Positions 8,663 through 18,766 of a stretch of 57,005 nt of DNA are shown one piece after another. Every line of letters begins with the position of its first letter. Positions within the stretch are counted from its first letter, which is position 1. The notes below the pieces were generated by a model that worked only from the letters and a program-made list of their open reading frames with translations, was not told the DNA's origin and ran no database searches. Source of the DNA: Alphaproteobacteria bacterium. GTDB taxonomy: Bacteria; Pseudomonadota; Alphaproteobacteria; RF32; CAG-239. The translations under genes and the position numbers were made by a program. The stretch covers positions 1-57,005 of the forward strand of contig JAVBOV010000028.1 of the NCBI GenBank assembly GCA_031550205.1. The letters run 5' to 3'.

Positions 8663-8903
8663 CTTGTTCTTTTAACTGTTAGCATTTTCAGACACAACCC
8701 AATAATCCCTGAAAACGCATTAGCAAGATCTCAGCCCTGAGCTAAGTTTCATCGCCTTCTTTTTTTGGAATATCTCTCATAAAAGATGACATTGTTTTTA
8801 GTTAATAATAAGTGCAAAAATTTTTATAATGCTCGCAACATAGCACAAACTCTTCAAAAAATCAACTGTTGTTTTTTTCGCATCAATCGGTTATCTATAA
8901 GCC

Positions 8904-9947
8904 ATGTCAAACTTATCAATTTACATCCACTACCCTTTCTGTGAGCGCAAATGCCCCTATTGCGGCTTTTTCAGCAAGGCTGAAACGCCCGAGCAAAACA
9001 TAGCTGAATATCTGCAAGAGCTAGATTTCTATCATACCCTGACCGCAGACAGAACCGTCGATACCATCTTCTTCGGCGGCGGCACCCCGTCTTTGCTTGC
9101 CCCCTTAAACATTGCAAAAATCATCAATCACATTCATAAAAAATGGAAAACAACCAAAGACATTGAAATTTCTCTGGAAGCCAACCCGAACAGCCTCAAG
9201 GCAGAAGAACTTAAATCTGCCGGCATCAACCGCTTGTCTTTAGGCGTTCAGTCCTTAGATGATAACGAACTAAAGTTTTTAGGACGCATTCACAACTGCG
9301 CTTCCGCAATTAAAGCCATTGAAGAAACCTTAAAAAACTTTGATAACCACAATGCCGACATCATCTACGCCCTGCCCGGCCAAACCACGCAAATTCTGCA
9401 AAAAAAACTTACAGAACTCTGCTCTTTTGGTTTCAAACACCTGTCAATATATCAGTTGACCATTGACGAGAACACTGTATTTAAACAGCAAGGCATAAAA
9501 CCGCTGGAAGAAGACCAAGCTTCTGATTTTTATACTTTTACCGCCGCTTATTTGGCCAAACACGGCTACCCTCAATATGAGGTATCCAACTTCGGCCTGC
9601 CCTGCCGCCATAATTTAACCTATTGGCGCGGCGGAGATTATCTGGGCATCGGCAAAGGCGCCCATGGCCGCGTCGGACTCAAAGCCACTTCATATAACTG
9701 CCAAATTGAAAACTTAAGCAAAAAAGAGCGCGCCACAGAGCTGCTGTTGATGGGTTTGCGCATTGTTGAAGGCATTAATAAAGAAACCTTCTATAAAATC
9801 TGCAACATCGAATTAGATTCTTTCATCAATCAAAATAAATTGAAAGAATATGAAAAAATGGAACTGCTGAAGAGTTCCATTAATTCACTGAAAGCAACCC
9901 CTAAAGGTCTGCTGGTCTTAGACTGTCTTATTGAAGGCCTACTTTGA
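8904..9947 (+). CDS. hemW: Radical SAM HemN-like protein (heme chaperone HemW family)
   Basis: YIHYPFCERKCPYCGF contains the CxxxCxxC radical-SAM motif, followed by GGGTPS. 347 aa. Confidence 0.9.
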   Translation: MSNLSIYIHYPFCERKCPYCGFFSKAETPEQNIAEYLQELDFYHTLTADRTVDTIFFGGGTPSLLAPLNIAKIINHIHKKWKTTKDIEISLEANPNSLKAEELKSAGINRLSLGVQSLDDNELKFLGRIHNCASAIKAIEETLKNFDNHNADIIYALPGQTTQILQKKLTELCSFGFKHLSIYQLTIDENTVFKQQGIKPLEEDQASDFYTFTAAYLAKHGYPQYEVSNFGLPCRHNLTYWRGGDYLGIGKGAHGRVGLKATSYNCQIENLSKKERATELLLMGLRIVEGINKETFYKICNIELDSFINQNKLKEYEKMELLKSSINSLKATPKGLLVLDCLIEGLL

Positions 9948-10256
9948 AAAAGAGTTGACCCATTCCGTTAAAGTCGCTTTTGAGTTCAAACCCACTTTCA
10001 TATCAACCTGCTTGCCGTCTTTAAACAAAAACATGGTCGGAATACTTCTAATTCCATATTGCGAAGCCGTAGCCGGAGATTCATCCACGTTCATCTTACA
10101 GATTTTAATTTTGCCGTTCATGTCTTTGTCAAGCTCTTCCAAAACCGGGCCAAGCTGGCGGCACGGACCGCACCATTCTGCCCAAAAATCAATCAACACT
10201 AAACCTTTTGCCTTAAGAACTTCCTGCTCAAACTGAGCGTCTGTAATCGCTTTCAT
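9939..10256 (-). CDS. trxA: Thioredoxin
   Basis: WAEWCGPC active site, 105 aa. The 3' end overlaps the 3' end of hemW by 9 nt (convergent). Confidence 0.97.
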   Translation of the reverse strand: MKAITDAQFEQEVLKAKGLVLIDFWAEWCGPCRQLGPVLEELDKDMNGKIKICKMNVDESPATASQYGIRSIPTMFLFKDGKQVDMKVGLNSKATLTEWVNSFSK

Positions 10257-10317
10257 TTTTATACCTTCCTTTTTTTTAATCTTTTCTAAGCCTAATATAG
10301 TTCATAATTAATCATAA

Positions 10318-13300
10318 TTAAAGTGGTATTTGCATTAAATTTAGAGTATCCGTCCAAAGTATATAAACCTCAATAGTTTTGCTCGGATAAATCTGTGCAA
10401 TTAATTTTTTATAACATTCCATCTGCTTCAAATATTTCAAAGGAACCTCGCTTAAAAAATCTGCCGCCGGCCGATTTGTCTTATAATCAATAATCATAAC
10501 CGCATCATCCTTAACCACCAGGCGGTCAATCTGACCGGAGATAATCTTGTCTCCAACCTTGCCCATAATCGGGACTTCTGCCTTGGAATTATGCCCGAAC
10601 AAAACGGCAAATTTCTCCCTCAAATTCCAAACTTCTTTCTTAATCTTTTCTCTTTGAGCTTCGCTCAAATCGGTTGTTGCCAAAAACGCATCAATCGCAT
10701 CTGTGTTTTTAACTTCCGGCAAAAACTGCAAAATCTTATGAATAACGTTGCCGCGCAAATATCTGTTTTGCTTGTCCTTAGTCAGTGGAGAAATAAATAT
10801 CTCTTCTTCCTCGTCCTCTTCCGGTTTGGACGGAGCATAAGGCTTTGCCAGCGCCCCTTCTTGTTTTGCCGCTTCATAAATCCACTCAAACGGCGGCAGA
10901 CTTAAAACTTCGCTTTCTTCCTCTTTTTTGCTCTCCGCAAAAAATTCTTGGGCGCACTCAACTCCCTCCTTCGGCACGCGGCTTGAAACCTTTTCATACC
11001 AAGAGTTTTCAACTTTGCTTTTTTTCTTCTTATACCCGCAAACCACCAAACGGTCTTCGGCCCTGGTTAAAGCCACATATAAAAGGCGTTGGTGCTCCTC
11101 TTCCGCCAATTGCTTGTTTCTTTCGTGTATATCTTCGCAATGCTTGTTATATGCGCCGGCAGAAAGCGGATAATAAAACATATCGTCCCACAAAAACTTT
11201 GCTTCTCTTTTAGAGGGCGCCTGCCTGATCGTATCCGGCAAAATCACAATCGGCGCCTGCAAACCCTTTGAGCCGTGCACTGTCATAATCCGCACGGCAT
11301 CAAGCTCCGACTGCTCCAATTCGCGCTTAATCTCAATTTTATCTTGCGCAATCCAGCCCATAAAGCCCTGCAGACTTGGAATATGTTCTTTTTCAAATTC
11401 CAGAGTCAAATTAATAAACTCATCCAAACCGTCCAAAACTTCTTCGCCCATTCTTTCCAAATATGCCCTGCGCCCCTTAAACTGATTAAGCACATGAGAA
11501 AACAACTCAAACGGTCGCACAAAGTCCGCCATATTCAAAAGCTCTTGCAGCTTTGCATATATTCCCAGATATTTTTTATTTTCGCCCAAACGGCTCCACA
11601 GCGTTCTGCCGCCGCGGTCAAAACACAACTCAAATAAATCATCGTCACCAAGGGCAAAAATCGGTGTCTTAAGCGCTTCCGCCAAACTCAAATCATCCGT
11701 CGGCAGCAGCAGAAACTTACCTAAAGAAATTAAATCCTGCACCGCAATTTGCTCCAACAGCGTAATCTTATCAACCCCTGCCACCGCCACATTCAGATTT
11801 TTACACTCTCTCACCAGCTCGGTTACCAAGCCGGCGCGCTGCTGCACCAAAATCAAAAAATCCCTGTATCTCAGAGGTCGGTTTTGAGATATTAAAAGCT
11901 CTTTGCCTTCCACCATCTGCTTAATTTTTAAGGCAATTTCCCTGGCCAGCTTGGCCGATGCCGAAACCTTTTTAACCGCCGCTTTAGGAAAAAACTCACC
12001 GATATCATCTTCTTTATCCTCTTCAAACAGCGGCCAAATCTCAACTTTTCCGGCATCGCCCGCCCTGAAAGAAACATGCTCCGTCGCACCATCAAATATC
12101 TTGTCAACCGCCCCCAAAACCGCCGCCGTAGAACGAAAAGAAACATCAAGGCTCACTTCTTCAAAATTTTCAAACTCCAAAAATTTGTTGCGGTTTTTTT
12201 CAAACTCAGAAATATCCGCTCCCTGAAAACTGTAAATAGACTGCTTGCGGTCGCCCACCGCAAACACCGTGCGCGCCTGCATCTTGGTTCCGGCGCCTGA
12301 AAAAAACTCATTCACAATTGAAAGCACAATCGCCCACTGATCCGGAGAAGTGTCCTGCGCCTCATCAATCAACACATGGTCAATTCCGCCATCCAGCTTA
12401 AACAACACCCAGTCTGAAACATTTTTATTTTCCAGCAGCCCGCGTGCTAAAACAATCAAATCCTCATAATCCATCCGGCAGTTTTTTTTCTTAAAATTAT
12501 TGTACCCGGCAATCATATCTTTAGCCAGGTGCATCACCGCCCTTGTTGAGGCTGCCAGCCCAACCGCCAAAATCTTTTCTTCCAGCGCCGCCAGTTTTTC
12601 TCGCTCTTTTTCCAAATAAAGAGCAATTTCCGGCATCGCTTCAACAACTTTTTTGTTCATCGCCTGCTTGTTGTTTATGGCTTTGGCATATGCCTCAAAA
12701 TCACCCTGCTCCAAGAAGCTCCGAAGCTTTTCGGCTTTGCCGAAATCTTGTTTGGGGCTGCCCTTATAAAGCGCCTGCATCGTCTGCCTGGCAACATCTC
12801 TATCAATGTTTTTAACAAACTCCGACTGCAGAACTGAAACATCGTCTTTAAAAGAAACGCCCAAGCGTTCATAAAGCTCTCTTTCCCAGTCGGTTCCGCC
12901 TGCCAAAATTCTGCTTATCTGATTACGTTCAAAAGCCACCGCTTCCAAAAGCTTAGGAAAGTTTCTCTCCATCACATTACTTGTCAAAAAGCCCAGCGCT
13001 TTGGCTTCCTCGCTCATCGGCTCTCTTTCAATTTTCAAAAGAACTTTGTTTTGAATCTCTTTCAGTGCCTCGCGTGAAGAGCGCTCATCCATCACCTTAA
13101 AATATGGCGAAACACCGGCCTCCAGCGGAAACCTTTTCAACACCTCCTGGCAAAAACCGTGTATGGTCTGAATCTTCATCCCGCCCGGCGTGTCTAAAAA
13201 CACCGCAAACAACCTGCGCGCCGTATTAACAATTTTCTCATATTCTTTGCGCTCAGAAGGCATCTCTCCCAACAGTTCAACCAGCTCTTTTTCCAAAATT

Positions 13301-13572
13301 CCCGCTTCGCAAACCGCCCAGCGGCTAAGCCTTCCGGCAACGCGCGAACTCATTTCCACCGCCGCCGCCTTGGTATAAGTCAAACATAAAATCTTAAGAG
13401 GGTTAACCCCGCTCAAAAGCAAACGCAAAACCCGGTCTGAAAGCACTTTGGTCTTGCCGGTTCCGGCCGATGCCTCCACCCACACCGATTTATACGGGTT
13501 AGCTGCCGCGCGCTGCTTGTCGGTGGCTCTGTTGCCGATTACTTTTCTAATTTCCGCAGAGCTATTCTTCAT
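10318..13572 (-). CDS. addA: Double-strand break repair helicase AddA (UvrD-like helicase plus C-terminal PD-(D/E)XK nuclease)
   Basis: Walker A ASAGTGKT, LIDEAQDTSP, helicase motifs, C-terminal nuclease region (GQIDRLVV...IIDYKT). 1084 aa. Overlaps the addB stop by 11 nt. Confidence 0.9.
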   Translation of the reverse strand: MKNSSAEIRKVIGNRATDKQRAAANPYKSVWVEASAGTGKTKVLSDRVLRLLLSGVNPLKILCLTYTKAAAVEMSSRVAGRLSRWAVCEAGILEKELVELLGEMPSERKEYEKIVNTARRLFAVFLDTPGGMKIQTIHGFCQEVLKRFPLEAGVSPYFKVMDERSSREALKEIQNKVLLKIEREPMSEEAKALGFLTSNVMERNFPKLLEAVAFERNQISRILAGGTDWERELYERLGVSFKDDVSVLQSEFVKNIDRDVARQTMQALYKGSPKQDFGKAEKLRSFLEQGDFEAYAKAINNKQAMNKKVVEAMPEIALYLEKEREKLAALEEKILAVGLAASTRAVMHLAKDMIAGYNNFKKKNCRMDYEDLIVLARGLLENKNVSDWVLFKLDGGIDHVLIDEAQDTSPDQWAIVLSIVNEFFSGAGTKMQARTVFAVGDRKQSIYSFQGADISEFEKNRNKFLEFENFEEVSLDVSFRSTAAVLGAVDKIFDGATEHVSFRAGDAGKVEIWPLFEEDKEDDIGEFFPKAAVKKVSASAKLAREIALKIKQMVEGKELLISQNRPLRYRDFLILVQQRAGLVTELVRECKNLNVAVAGVDKITLLEQIAVQDLISLGKFLLLPTDDLSLAEALKTPIFALGDDDLFELCFDRGGRTLWSRLGENKKYLGIYAKLQELLNMADFVRPFELFSHVLNQFKGRRAYLERMGEEVLDGLDEFINLTLEFEKEHIPSLQGFMGWIAQDKIEIKRELEQSELDAVRIMTVHGSKGLQAPIVILPDTIRQAPSKREAKFLWDDMFYYPLSAGAYNKHCEDIHERNKQLAEEEHQRLLYVALTRAEDRLVVCGYKKKKSKVENSWYEKVSSRVPKEGVECAQEFFAESKKEEESEVLSLPPFEWIYEAAKQEGALAKPYAPSKPEEDEEEEIFISPLTKDKQNRYLRGNVIHKILQFLPEVKNTDAIDAFLATTDLSEAQREKIKKEVWNLREKFAVLFGHNSKAEVPIMGKVGDKIISGQIDRLVVKDDAVMIIDYKTNRPAADFLSEVPLKYLKQMECYKKLIAQIYPSKTIEVYILWTDTLNLMQIPL

Positions 13573-16378
13573 CTGCCTCTCCCTGCACCGACCATTCTTT
13601 TACTCTGGCCAAATGCAAATAGTCCTCATTACCCGGCACATATTTAGGGTTCGGACGGCAGATATACGCCGCTTCTTCTTCATAAAACATTTTAAACAGT
13701 GTATTTAAAGCTTTTTCGTTATATTCCAAAATCTCTTCAATTTCATCAAATGAACACTGTTCATTTCCCAAGCTCCAATACATCAAATCTTGCACATCAG
13801 CCGCCTCAACCCCCTTAAACCCGCCTTTCTGCGCAATCAAACCTTCAATCGGCAGCTGCGGAGCATATCCGGCTTTCACGTCTTTTTTGGCTTTCGCTCT
13901 TCCGGTCTTATAATCAATAATGTTAATTTTGCCGTCAACTGTCTCATCCACCCGGTCAGCCTTTGCGGTTATCTCAAGGCTGCCAATTTTCATGCTGCCC
14001 TCAATCTCGCTATGCACTTTTTTAATCATCGGACGATATCTTTTTTCAGCCTCAACCAGCCAATCAACCGTCTTAACAAATTTCGGCCACCAAAAAACTT
14101 TTGCGCTGAACACAACCTTGTTAGCCTTAAAAAACTCCTCGCCGATTTTCAAAAATTCCTCAACAGCATTATCCGGAAAGCCGCTTGGATGTTTTTTATT
14201 AAAGGCGTCCAAAATGCTGTGAACCAACGTGCCATATTCTTTGGCCCCCCAGTCCTGGTCCAAATCTTCCAGCGGCTTAAGTTTCAAAATATATTTTGCA
14301 AAAACCGCATATGGGTCGCTTCGCAGCAATTCAACTGCGCCGGCAGAAAGTTTTAACGGCCGCGAACTCAGCGGCGGCTTAGGCTGTGGCGGCGGCAAAC
14401 GGTTAAAGTTCTTTGCCTCGTCAAGCTTCACCGCCCAGGTCTTATAAGCAATATCTTCCATTCTTTTCAAATCTGCGCCCAGGGCTTTCAAAACCGTTTC
14501 CAAACGCAACAACCAGCGTGACTTCACCATCGGCGTTCCGCACACTCGGTTTGCCCTGACCACATAAACTTCCGGCCCGCATAATAGCGATGCAAAATCC
14601 TGCGCCATAACTCCCAAATTTTTTTGGGTCAGCCCGAAATCTTTTTTCATAAACCCCGACATCCAAGGGTCGGCTTTGCTTGCCGCCGGCCAAATTCCCT
14701 CATTAACCTCGCCGATAATACTCACGTCAAAGCTGTGCAAGCGCGCTTCCATCGGACCCAAAATCTTCAAACGCGGGTGCTGCCCGAAAGTTTTTCTCAC
14801 CACCGCTTTTGCCATCAGAGCTTCAATCAAGCTCAAATATTGCCCGGGTTCAACCTCTCCCAAAACATCTGCGTGCTGATATAACTCCGCAAAAAACTTT
14901 GCCGCCGCTTCGCCGTTCTCGCCGCGCCACACTGTCTTTTCATCAGCAAGCTTGGCCGCTGTTTCCAAATGCGCCTCTATCAATTTTTTCAAATTGGTCT
15001 TTGTGCCGGAAAACTGTTCATATAATGATGCAAATTTTGCTTTAATTTCGCTGATAAAGCTTTCCAACTCTGCATTTTCTTTCTTCTCGCGGCAAATATT
15101 TTTCTCATAATCCCTGACTTTTTTTCTAAAATCAGCCGTTTCAAAACCCGCCAAACAAAGCGGATGCTTGAGCAAAGCTAAAAAACTCTCCGGTGCAAAA
15201 TTGTCCTCACAAGCTTTAATCACTTGTCGCAAAAAAACGCCAAGCGGCGAAAGTGATAAGGGTTTGCCGGCAGAATCATCAACCTTAACCTCCCAGCGCT
15301 CCAGCTCTTTAGCCACCCGCCTGGCCAGATTTCTATCCGAGGTTACCAGCGCCGCGGTCTTTGAAGGCGTTTCCAAAACTCTGCGCATAATCAGGGCAAT
15401 TGCCGCTGTCTCTTCTCTAATTTCCGCACAGTTTATAAAGCTCAAATTTTTAGGAAGCTTAATGTCTTTGGCTGCAATATCCTGCCACTTATCCGTAGAC
15501 TTTGCCGGCCGCATCACCTCTGAAACCAGCAGGCTTAAATTCTTGTCCGCCTCAACATATTCCTTAACCTCAAAACGCGAAACGTTTAAAAAGTCCAAAA
15601 GTTCCTTAAGCTCAAACTGCGGGTGCTGTTCGTCAATCTCTCTCCAGTCTTCATCATCCAAAAACTTATCAAGACCGGACAAAATCAGCTCCGCGTTTTC
15701 AAACTTAAGAACGCTTTTCACCAGCTCTTTCATCATCGGATAAGTGGCGGTAACTCCGGCCATCACCACCCGCCCCTTGGGCTTCCAGTTGTTTGCCAGC
15801 GCCAAAATCATCTTGGCGTTCCACTCGCCGCAATCAACCTGCCCCTGCTCTTTCAAAATAGCTGGATAAAATTTGGTTATAATTTCCAAAAACCTCAAAG
15901 TTTCCTGCCAGTGTGTTGCATATTCTTCCGGCACCAGATTTTTTAAGTTTTCAAAGGAAAGATTATTTAAATGAACTTCATCAATCAAACCGGCCAATTC
16001 CTCGGCCAAAAAAACCGCCTGCGCCGCCGGCACTTCACCCAAAGCTGAAGACTTGGATAAAATCAGCCTCACAAACAACAATTGCCGCTCAAGTTTTGAT
16101 ATCGGCTTGCCCAAATTGCTTAATGCGTCAATGCCGGAAAGTAAAAGCTCACCTTCTTCAAAACTGCCGATTGGCAGCATCTGCGGCAAAAGTGTCGGCT
16201 CCAACCCCTTGGCTCTGACAAACGCCTCACGCAAAGTCTGGCAGGCACGGCGAGAAGGCAGCAAAAAAGTGACCGCCGCCAACTCCAAAGGATTTTGCTC
16301 ATACTCAGCCAAAAACCTCTCCGCCAAAACATCGGCAAAAGAGCAAGAAACCCCAATATTAAAAATCTTATTTCGCAT
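13562..16378 (-). CDS. addB: Double-strand break repair protein AddB (alphaproteobacterial type)
   Basis: Large protein immediately upstream of addA with a C-terminal PD-(D/E)XK-like region (ADRVDE...IIDYKTG). ATG at 16378 (MRNKIF); the track start at 16414 is TTG. Confidence 0.88.
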   Translation of the reverse strand: MRNKIFNIGVSCSFADVLAERFLAEYEQNPLELAAVTFLLPSRRACQTLREAFVRAKGLEPTLLPQMLPIGSFEEGELLLSGIDALSNLGKPISKLERQLLFVRLILSKSSALGEVPAAQAVFLAEELAGLIDEVHLNNLSFENLKNLVPEEYATHWQETLRFLEIITKFYPAILKEQGQVDCGEWNAKMILALANNWKPKGRVVMAGVTATYPMMKELVKSVLKFENAELILSGLDKFLDDEDWREIDEQHPQFELKELLDFLNVSRFEVKEYVEADKNLSLLVSEVMRPAKSTDKWQDIAAKDIKLPKNLSFINCAEIREETAAIALIMRRVLETPSKTAALVTSDRNLARRVAKELERWEVKVDDSAGKPLSLSPLGVFLRQVIKACEDNFAPESFLALLKHPLCLAGFETADFRKKVRDYEKNICREKKENAELESFISEIKAKFASLYEQFSGTKTNLKKLIEAHLETAAKLADEKTVWRGENGEAAAKFFAELYQHADVLGEVEPGQYLSLIEALMAKAVVRKTFGQHPRLKILGPMEARLHSFDVSIIGEVNEGIWPAASKADPWMSGFMKKDFGLTQKNLGVMAQDFASLLCGPEVYVVRANRVCGTPMVKSRWLLRLETVLKALGADLKRMEDIAYKTWAVKLDEAKNFNRLPPPQPKPPLSSRPLKLSAGAVELLRSDPYAVFAKYILKLKPLEDLDQDWGAKEYGTLVHSILDAFNKKHPSGFPDNAVEEFLKIGEEFFKANKVVFSAKVFWWPKFVKTVDWLVEAEKRYRPMIKKVHSEIEGSMKIGSLEITAKADRVDETVDGKINIIDYKTGRAKAKKDVKAGYAPQLPIEGLIAQKGGFKGVEAADVQDLMYWSLGNEQCSFDEIEEILEYNEKALNTLFKMFYEEEAAYICRPNPKYVPGNEDYLHLARVKEWSVQGEADEE

Positions 16379-16445
16379 AAAAAAGATTATAGAATCTTTT
16401 AAACCCACCTTCAAGCATAATAAAGCCTAAAGAACCCTGTTCTTT

Positions 16446-16470
16446 GTCATTCCAGCGAAAGCTGGAATCC
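16446..16470. repeat. Small hairpin repeat (GTCATTCC..GGAATCC type)
   Basis: gtcattccagcgaaagctggaatcc read directly. Confidence 0.6.
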
Positions 16471-16499
16471 AGGTCAACAAATCATCCATATTTCCCCTC

Positions 16500-16517
16500 T
16501 TGTAACAAAACTTTCAC
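16500..16517 (+). promoter_or_regulatory. TTGTAACAAAACTTTCAC upstream motif (variant of the shared motif)
   Basis: Lies 106-123 nt upstream of the ATG at 16623, in the same orientation and at a similar distance as the copies at 2575-2592, 22109-22126 and 50078-50095 relative to their genes. Confidence 0.4.
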
Positions 16518-16622
16518 AAAATTTGTCCAAAAAACTCTTGCCCTAACCCCAAAAATATGCTAAATTACCTTCATTCAAACAAATTATCATGTTAATATTA
16601 TAAATTAAAAAAACAAAAAATT

Positions 16623-17078
16623 ATGGAAACATTAACCACATTCCAACAATTTGCCCTAAGCCTAATGTCCGGATTTCTGTTCGTCCACTTCATCTTCATA
16701 ATCTGTAAAGCTTGGACCGGATGCGCAAACCCTCTTGAAAAGCTTTTTTGGGATTACAGAGACGAAAAACTTGAAAAAGATGACAAAGATAACCCCGGAA
16801 AAGAAGCAGACCGCTTTGCCCTTAGAGGTGATGGAGTTCTATACACATTAAGACAAAAGAAAAGAAGCGTTATTGCCTATTTAGCTATGACAATAATCTT
16901 AACCATTGCCTTCATCCCAATAAGCTGGTGGTTTTTATTATTACTTTTAACGGCAATCTTCCCGCAAGTTGTCCTCTTATTATTAGAATTTTTCGCTTTT
17001 ATCCTTGTTCTTATTTTTACAACCATCCCATACTACTTGTCAAAATACCTATACCAAGGCATAAAAAGCTTCTTCTAA
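16623..17078 (+). CDS. Hypothetical membrane protein
   Basis: Hydrophobic N-terminal segment and two C-terminal TM-like segments (ILTIAFIPISWWFLLLLLTAIFPQVVLLLLEFFAFILVLIF). Followed by a terminator. Confidence 0.55.
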   Translation: METLTTFQQFALSLMSGFLFVHFIFIICKAWTGCANPLEKLFWDYRDEKLEKDDKDNPGKEADRFALRGDGVLYTLRQKKRSVIAYLAMTIILTIAFIPISWWFLLLLLTAIFPQVVLLLLEFFAFILVLIFTTIPYYLSKYLYQGIKSFF

Positions 17079-17084
17079 ACCCCC

Positions 17085-17118
17085 AAAAGCCTCTCTTACG
17101 AGAGGCTTCTTTTATTTT
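17085..17118 (+). terminator. Rho-independent terminator
   Basis: aagcctctc-ttac-gagaggctt followed by cttttatttt. Confidence 0.7.
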
Positions 17119-17119
17119 A

Positions 17120-17397
17120 AAACCGCTCATCCATATAAAATTCGCCTTAGTGCAGCTTTTTAGATTTTGTTTGCTCGTTTTGCGGCCTTCGGCTCGTAGC
17201 GTGTTCTGCCGAAAGAAGAATGAGACAGCAGAAGAACAGTAAAAGAGGAAGGCAGAACTTTGCGGAGAGAGCAAAATGAGCATTACAAAATCTTAAAAGC
17301 GGAACTCAGGCGAAAGCCTTTGGTTACTTTGGGCTTTCAAAGTAACAAAACCCTATGCAGATAAAAAACTACGAAAAAAAATAAAGACGAGATTGCC
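17120..17397 (+). repeat. Family-A structured intergenic element, copy 2
   Basis: cgccttagtgcagctttttagattttgtttgctcgttttgcgg...ggcagaactttgcgg...cggaactcaggc, then hairpin gttactttg-ggcttt-caaagtaac (17322-17346), then an A-rich tail ending gagattgcc. Confidence 0.8.
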
Positions 17398-17475
17398 AAT
17401 TAAACCCACCCCAACCCCGCGGCCGACGTTCGGCTCCCTTAAAATTAAGGGAGGGCATTAAGAATAACGTTTTTC

Positions 17476-18051
17476 TTATTTTTGCACACTCAAAAACCCC
17501 AACAACTTCCTCATTGCATTCCCCCGATGCGAAATCTTATTCTTCTCTTCAGAAGAAAGCTCCCCCACCGTGCAGTTATATCCGTCAGGAATAAATATCG
17601 GATCATACCCAAATCCTACCCCTCTGGGCTTATCGGCAATAACCCCGTTCATCCTGCCTTCAAAAATTTCGGTTTTTCCACTCGGCTGGCAAAGCGCAAT
17701 CAAGCAAATAAAATATGCCGAATGGTCGTCTTTTCCCGCCAATTCTGCATTCAGCCTTTCAAAAGCCGCCGGATAATTCCCCGCCGCATATCTGGCCGAA
17801 AACAACCCCGGACGACCTCCCAAAGCATTAACGCACAACCCGCTGTCGTCAGCCAAACAAGGCAATCCGCTCAAATTTGCCAAGGTTTTGGCCTTTAAGG
17901 TCGCATTCTCCACAAACGTTGTGCCGGTTTCTTCAACCTCCGGCAAATTCAACTCCGCGGCTGAAACCACCTCAATCGCAAGCGGCGCCAACATCTCTCT
18001 CAGCTCTTTAATTTTTCCCTGATTATGCGAGGCCAGAACAATCTTCTTCAT
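17476..18051 (-). CDS. rdgB: Non-canonical purine NTP pyrophosphatase (RdgB/HAM1)
   Basis: IVLASHNQGKIKEL, ETGTTFVENA.LKA and LADDSGLCVNALGGRPG motifs. Overlaps the rph stop by 4 nt. Confidence 0.93.
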   Translation of the reverse strand: MKKIVLASHNQGKIKELREMLAPLAIEVVSAAELNLPEVEETGTTFVENATLKAKTLANLSGLPCLADDSGLCVNALGGRPGLFSARYAAGNYPAAFERLNAELAGKDDHSAYFICLIALCQPSGKTEIFEGRMNGVIADKPRGVGFGYDPIFIPDGYNCTVGELSSEEKNKISHRGNAMRKLLGFLSVQK

Positions 18052-18755
18052 TTAACCGCGGCCTTTTGTTTTTGAATAATCTCTTTAATCGCCGCTTTTG
18101 CCAGCTCCAAAAGCTCATTAAAATCTTTCTCCGCAAAAGGTTTATCTTCGGCTGTGCCCTGAATTTCAACAATTCCGCCCGATTCCGTCATCACAAAGTT
18201 CACATCAGCCTGCGCGTTTGAATCTTCAACATAATCCACATCCACAATCTTCTTGCCCTGATAAATGGCGCAAGAAACTGCCGCCACAAACTCGCGAATT
18301 GGGTTTTCCTTCAACCTTTTTTCTCTCATCAAGGCCTGGATTGCCAAATATAAAGCCACAAATCCGCCGGTCACCGATGCCGTTCTGGTTCCGCCGTCAG
18401 CCTGAATCACATCGCAGTCAATGCAAATTGAAATATCTTTCATCTTGCCCAAATCCACCACCGCGCGCAATGAACGCCCGATTAAACGCTGAATTTCCTG
18501 CGTGCGCCCTGAAGGCGCCTTGTGCTCGCGTGAAACGCGGTCTTTCGTGGCCCGCGGCAGCATCGCATATTCCGCCGTAATCCACCCGCGGTGCTGTCCC
18601 TTAAGCCAGTTTGGCACTTTTTCCTCAACCGAAGCCGTGCAAATCACGTGCGTGTTGCCAAACTTAATAAAACAAGAGCCCTCGGCATATGGGCTGAAGT
18701 TCGGAATAATCTCAATCTCTCTCAATTGATTTAACTCGCGCTTTGTATTTCTCAT
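18048..18755 (-). CDS. rph: Ribonuclease PH
   Basis: YAEGSCFIKFGNTHVICTAS, GWITAEYAMLPRAT and DCDVIQADGGTRTASVTG are canonical RNase PH blocks. Confidence 0.96.
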   Translation of the reverse strand: MRNTKRELNQLREIEIIPNFSPYAEGSCFIKFGNTHVICTASVEEKVPNWLKGQHRGWITAEYAMLPRATKDRVSREHKAPSGRTQEIQRLIGRSLRAVVDLGKMKDISICIDCDVIQADGGTRTASVTGGFVALYLAIQALMREKRLKENPIREFVAAVSCAIYQGKKIVDVDYVEDSNAQADVNFVMTESGGIVEIQGTAEDKPFAEKDFNELLELAKAAIKEIIQKQKAAVK

Positions 18756-18766
18756 TTAACAGTCCT

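Noticed and set aside
9939-9947. The 9-nt overlap of the convergent 3' ends of hemW and trxA as a possible annotation error or frameshift.
   Set aside because: Both proteins end with plausible C-termini and full-length domains. Short convergent overlaps are common in compact genomes.
10591-16430. Many 60-190-aa plus-strand ORFs inside addA and addB (for example 13790-14356, 15168-15743, 16053-16430).
   Set aside because: All lie antisense to long ORFs with clear AddA/AddB motifs. They have biased, low-complexity composition and no RBS, so they are shadow ORFs.
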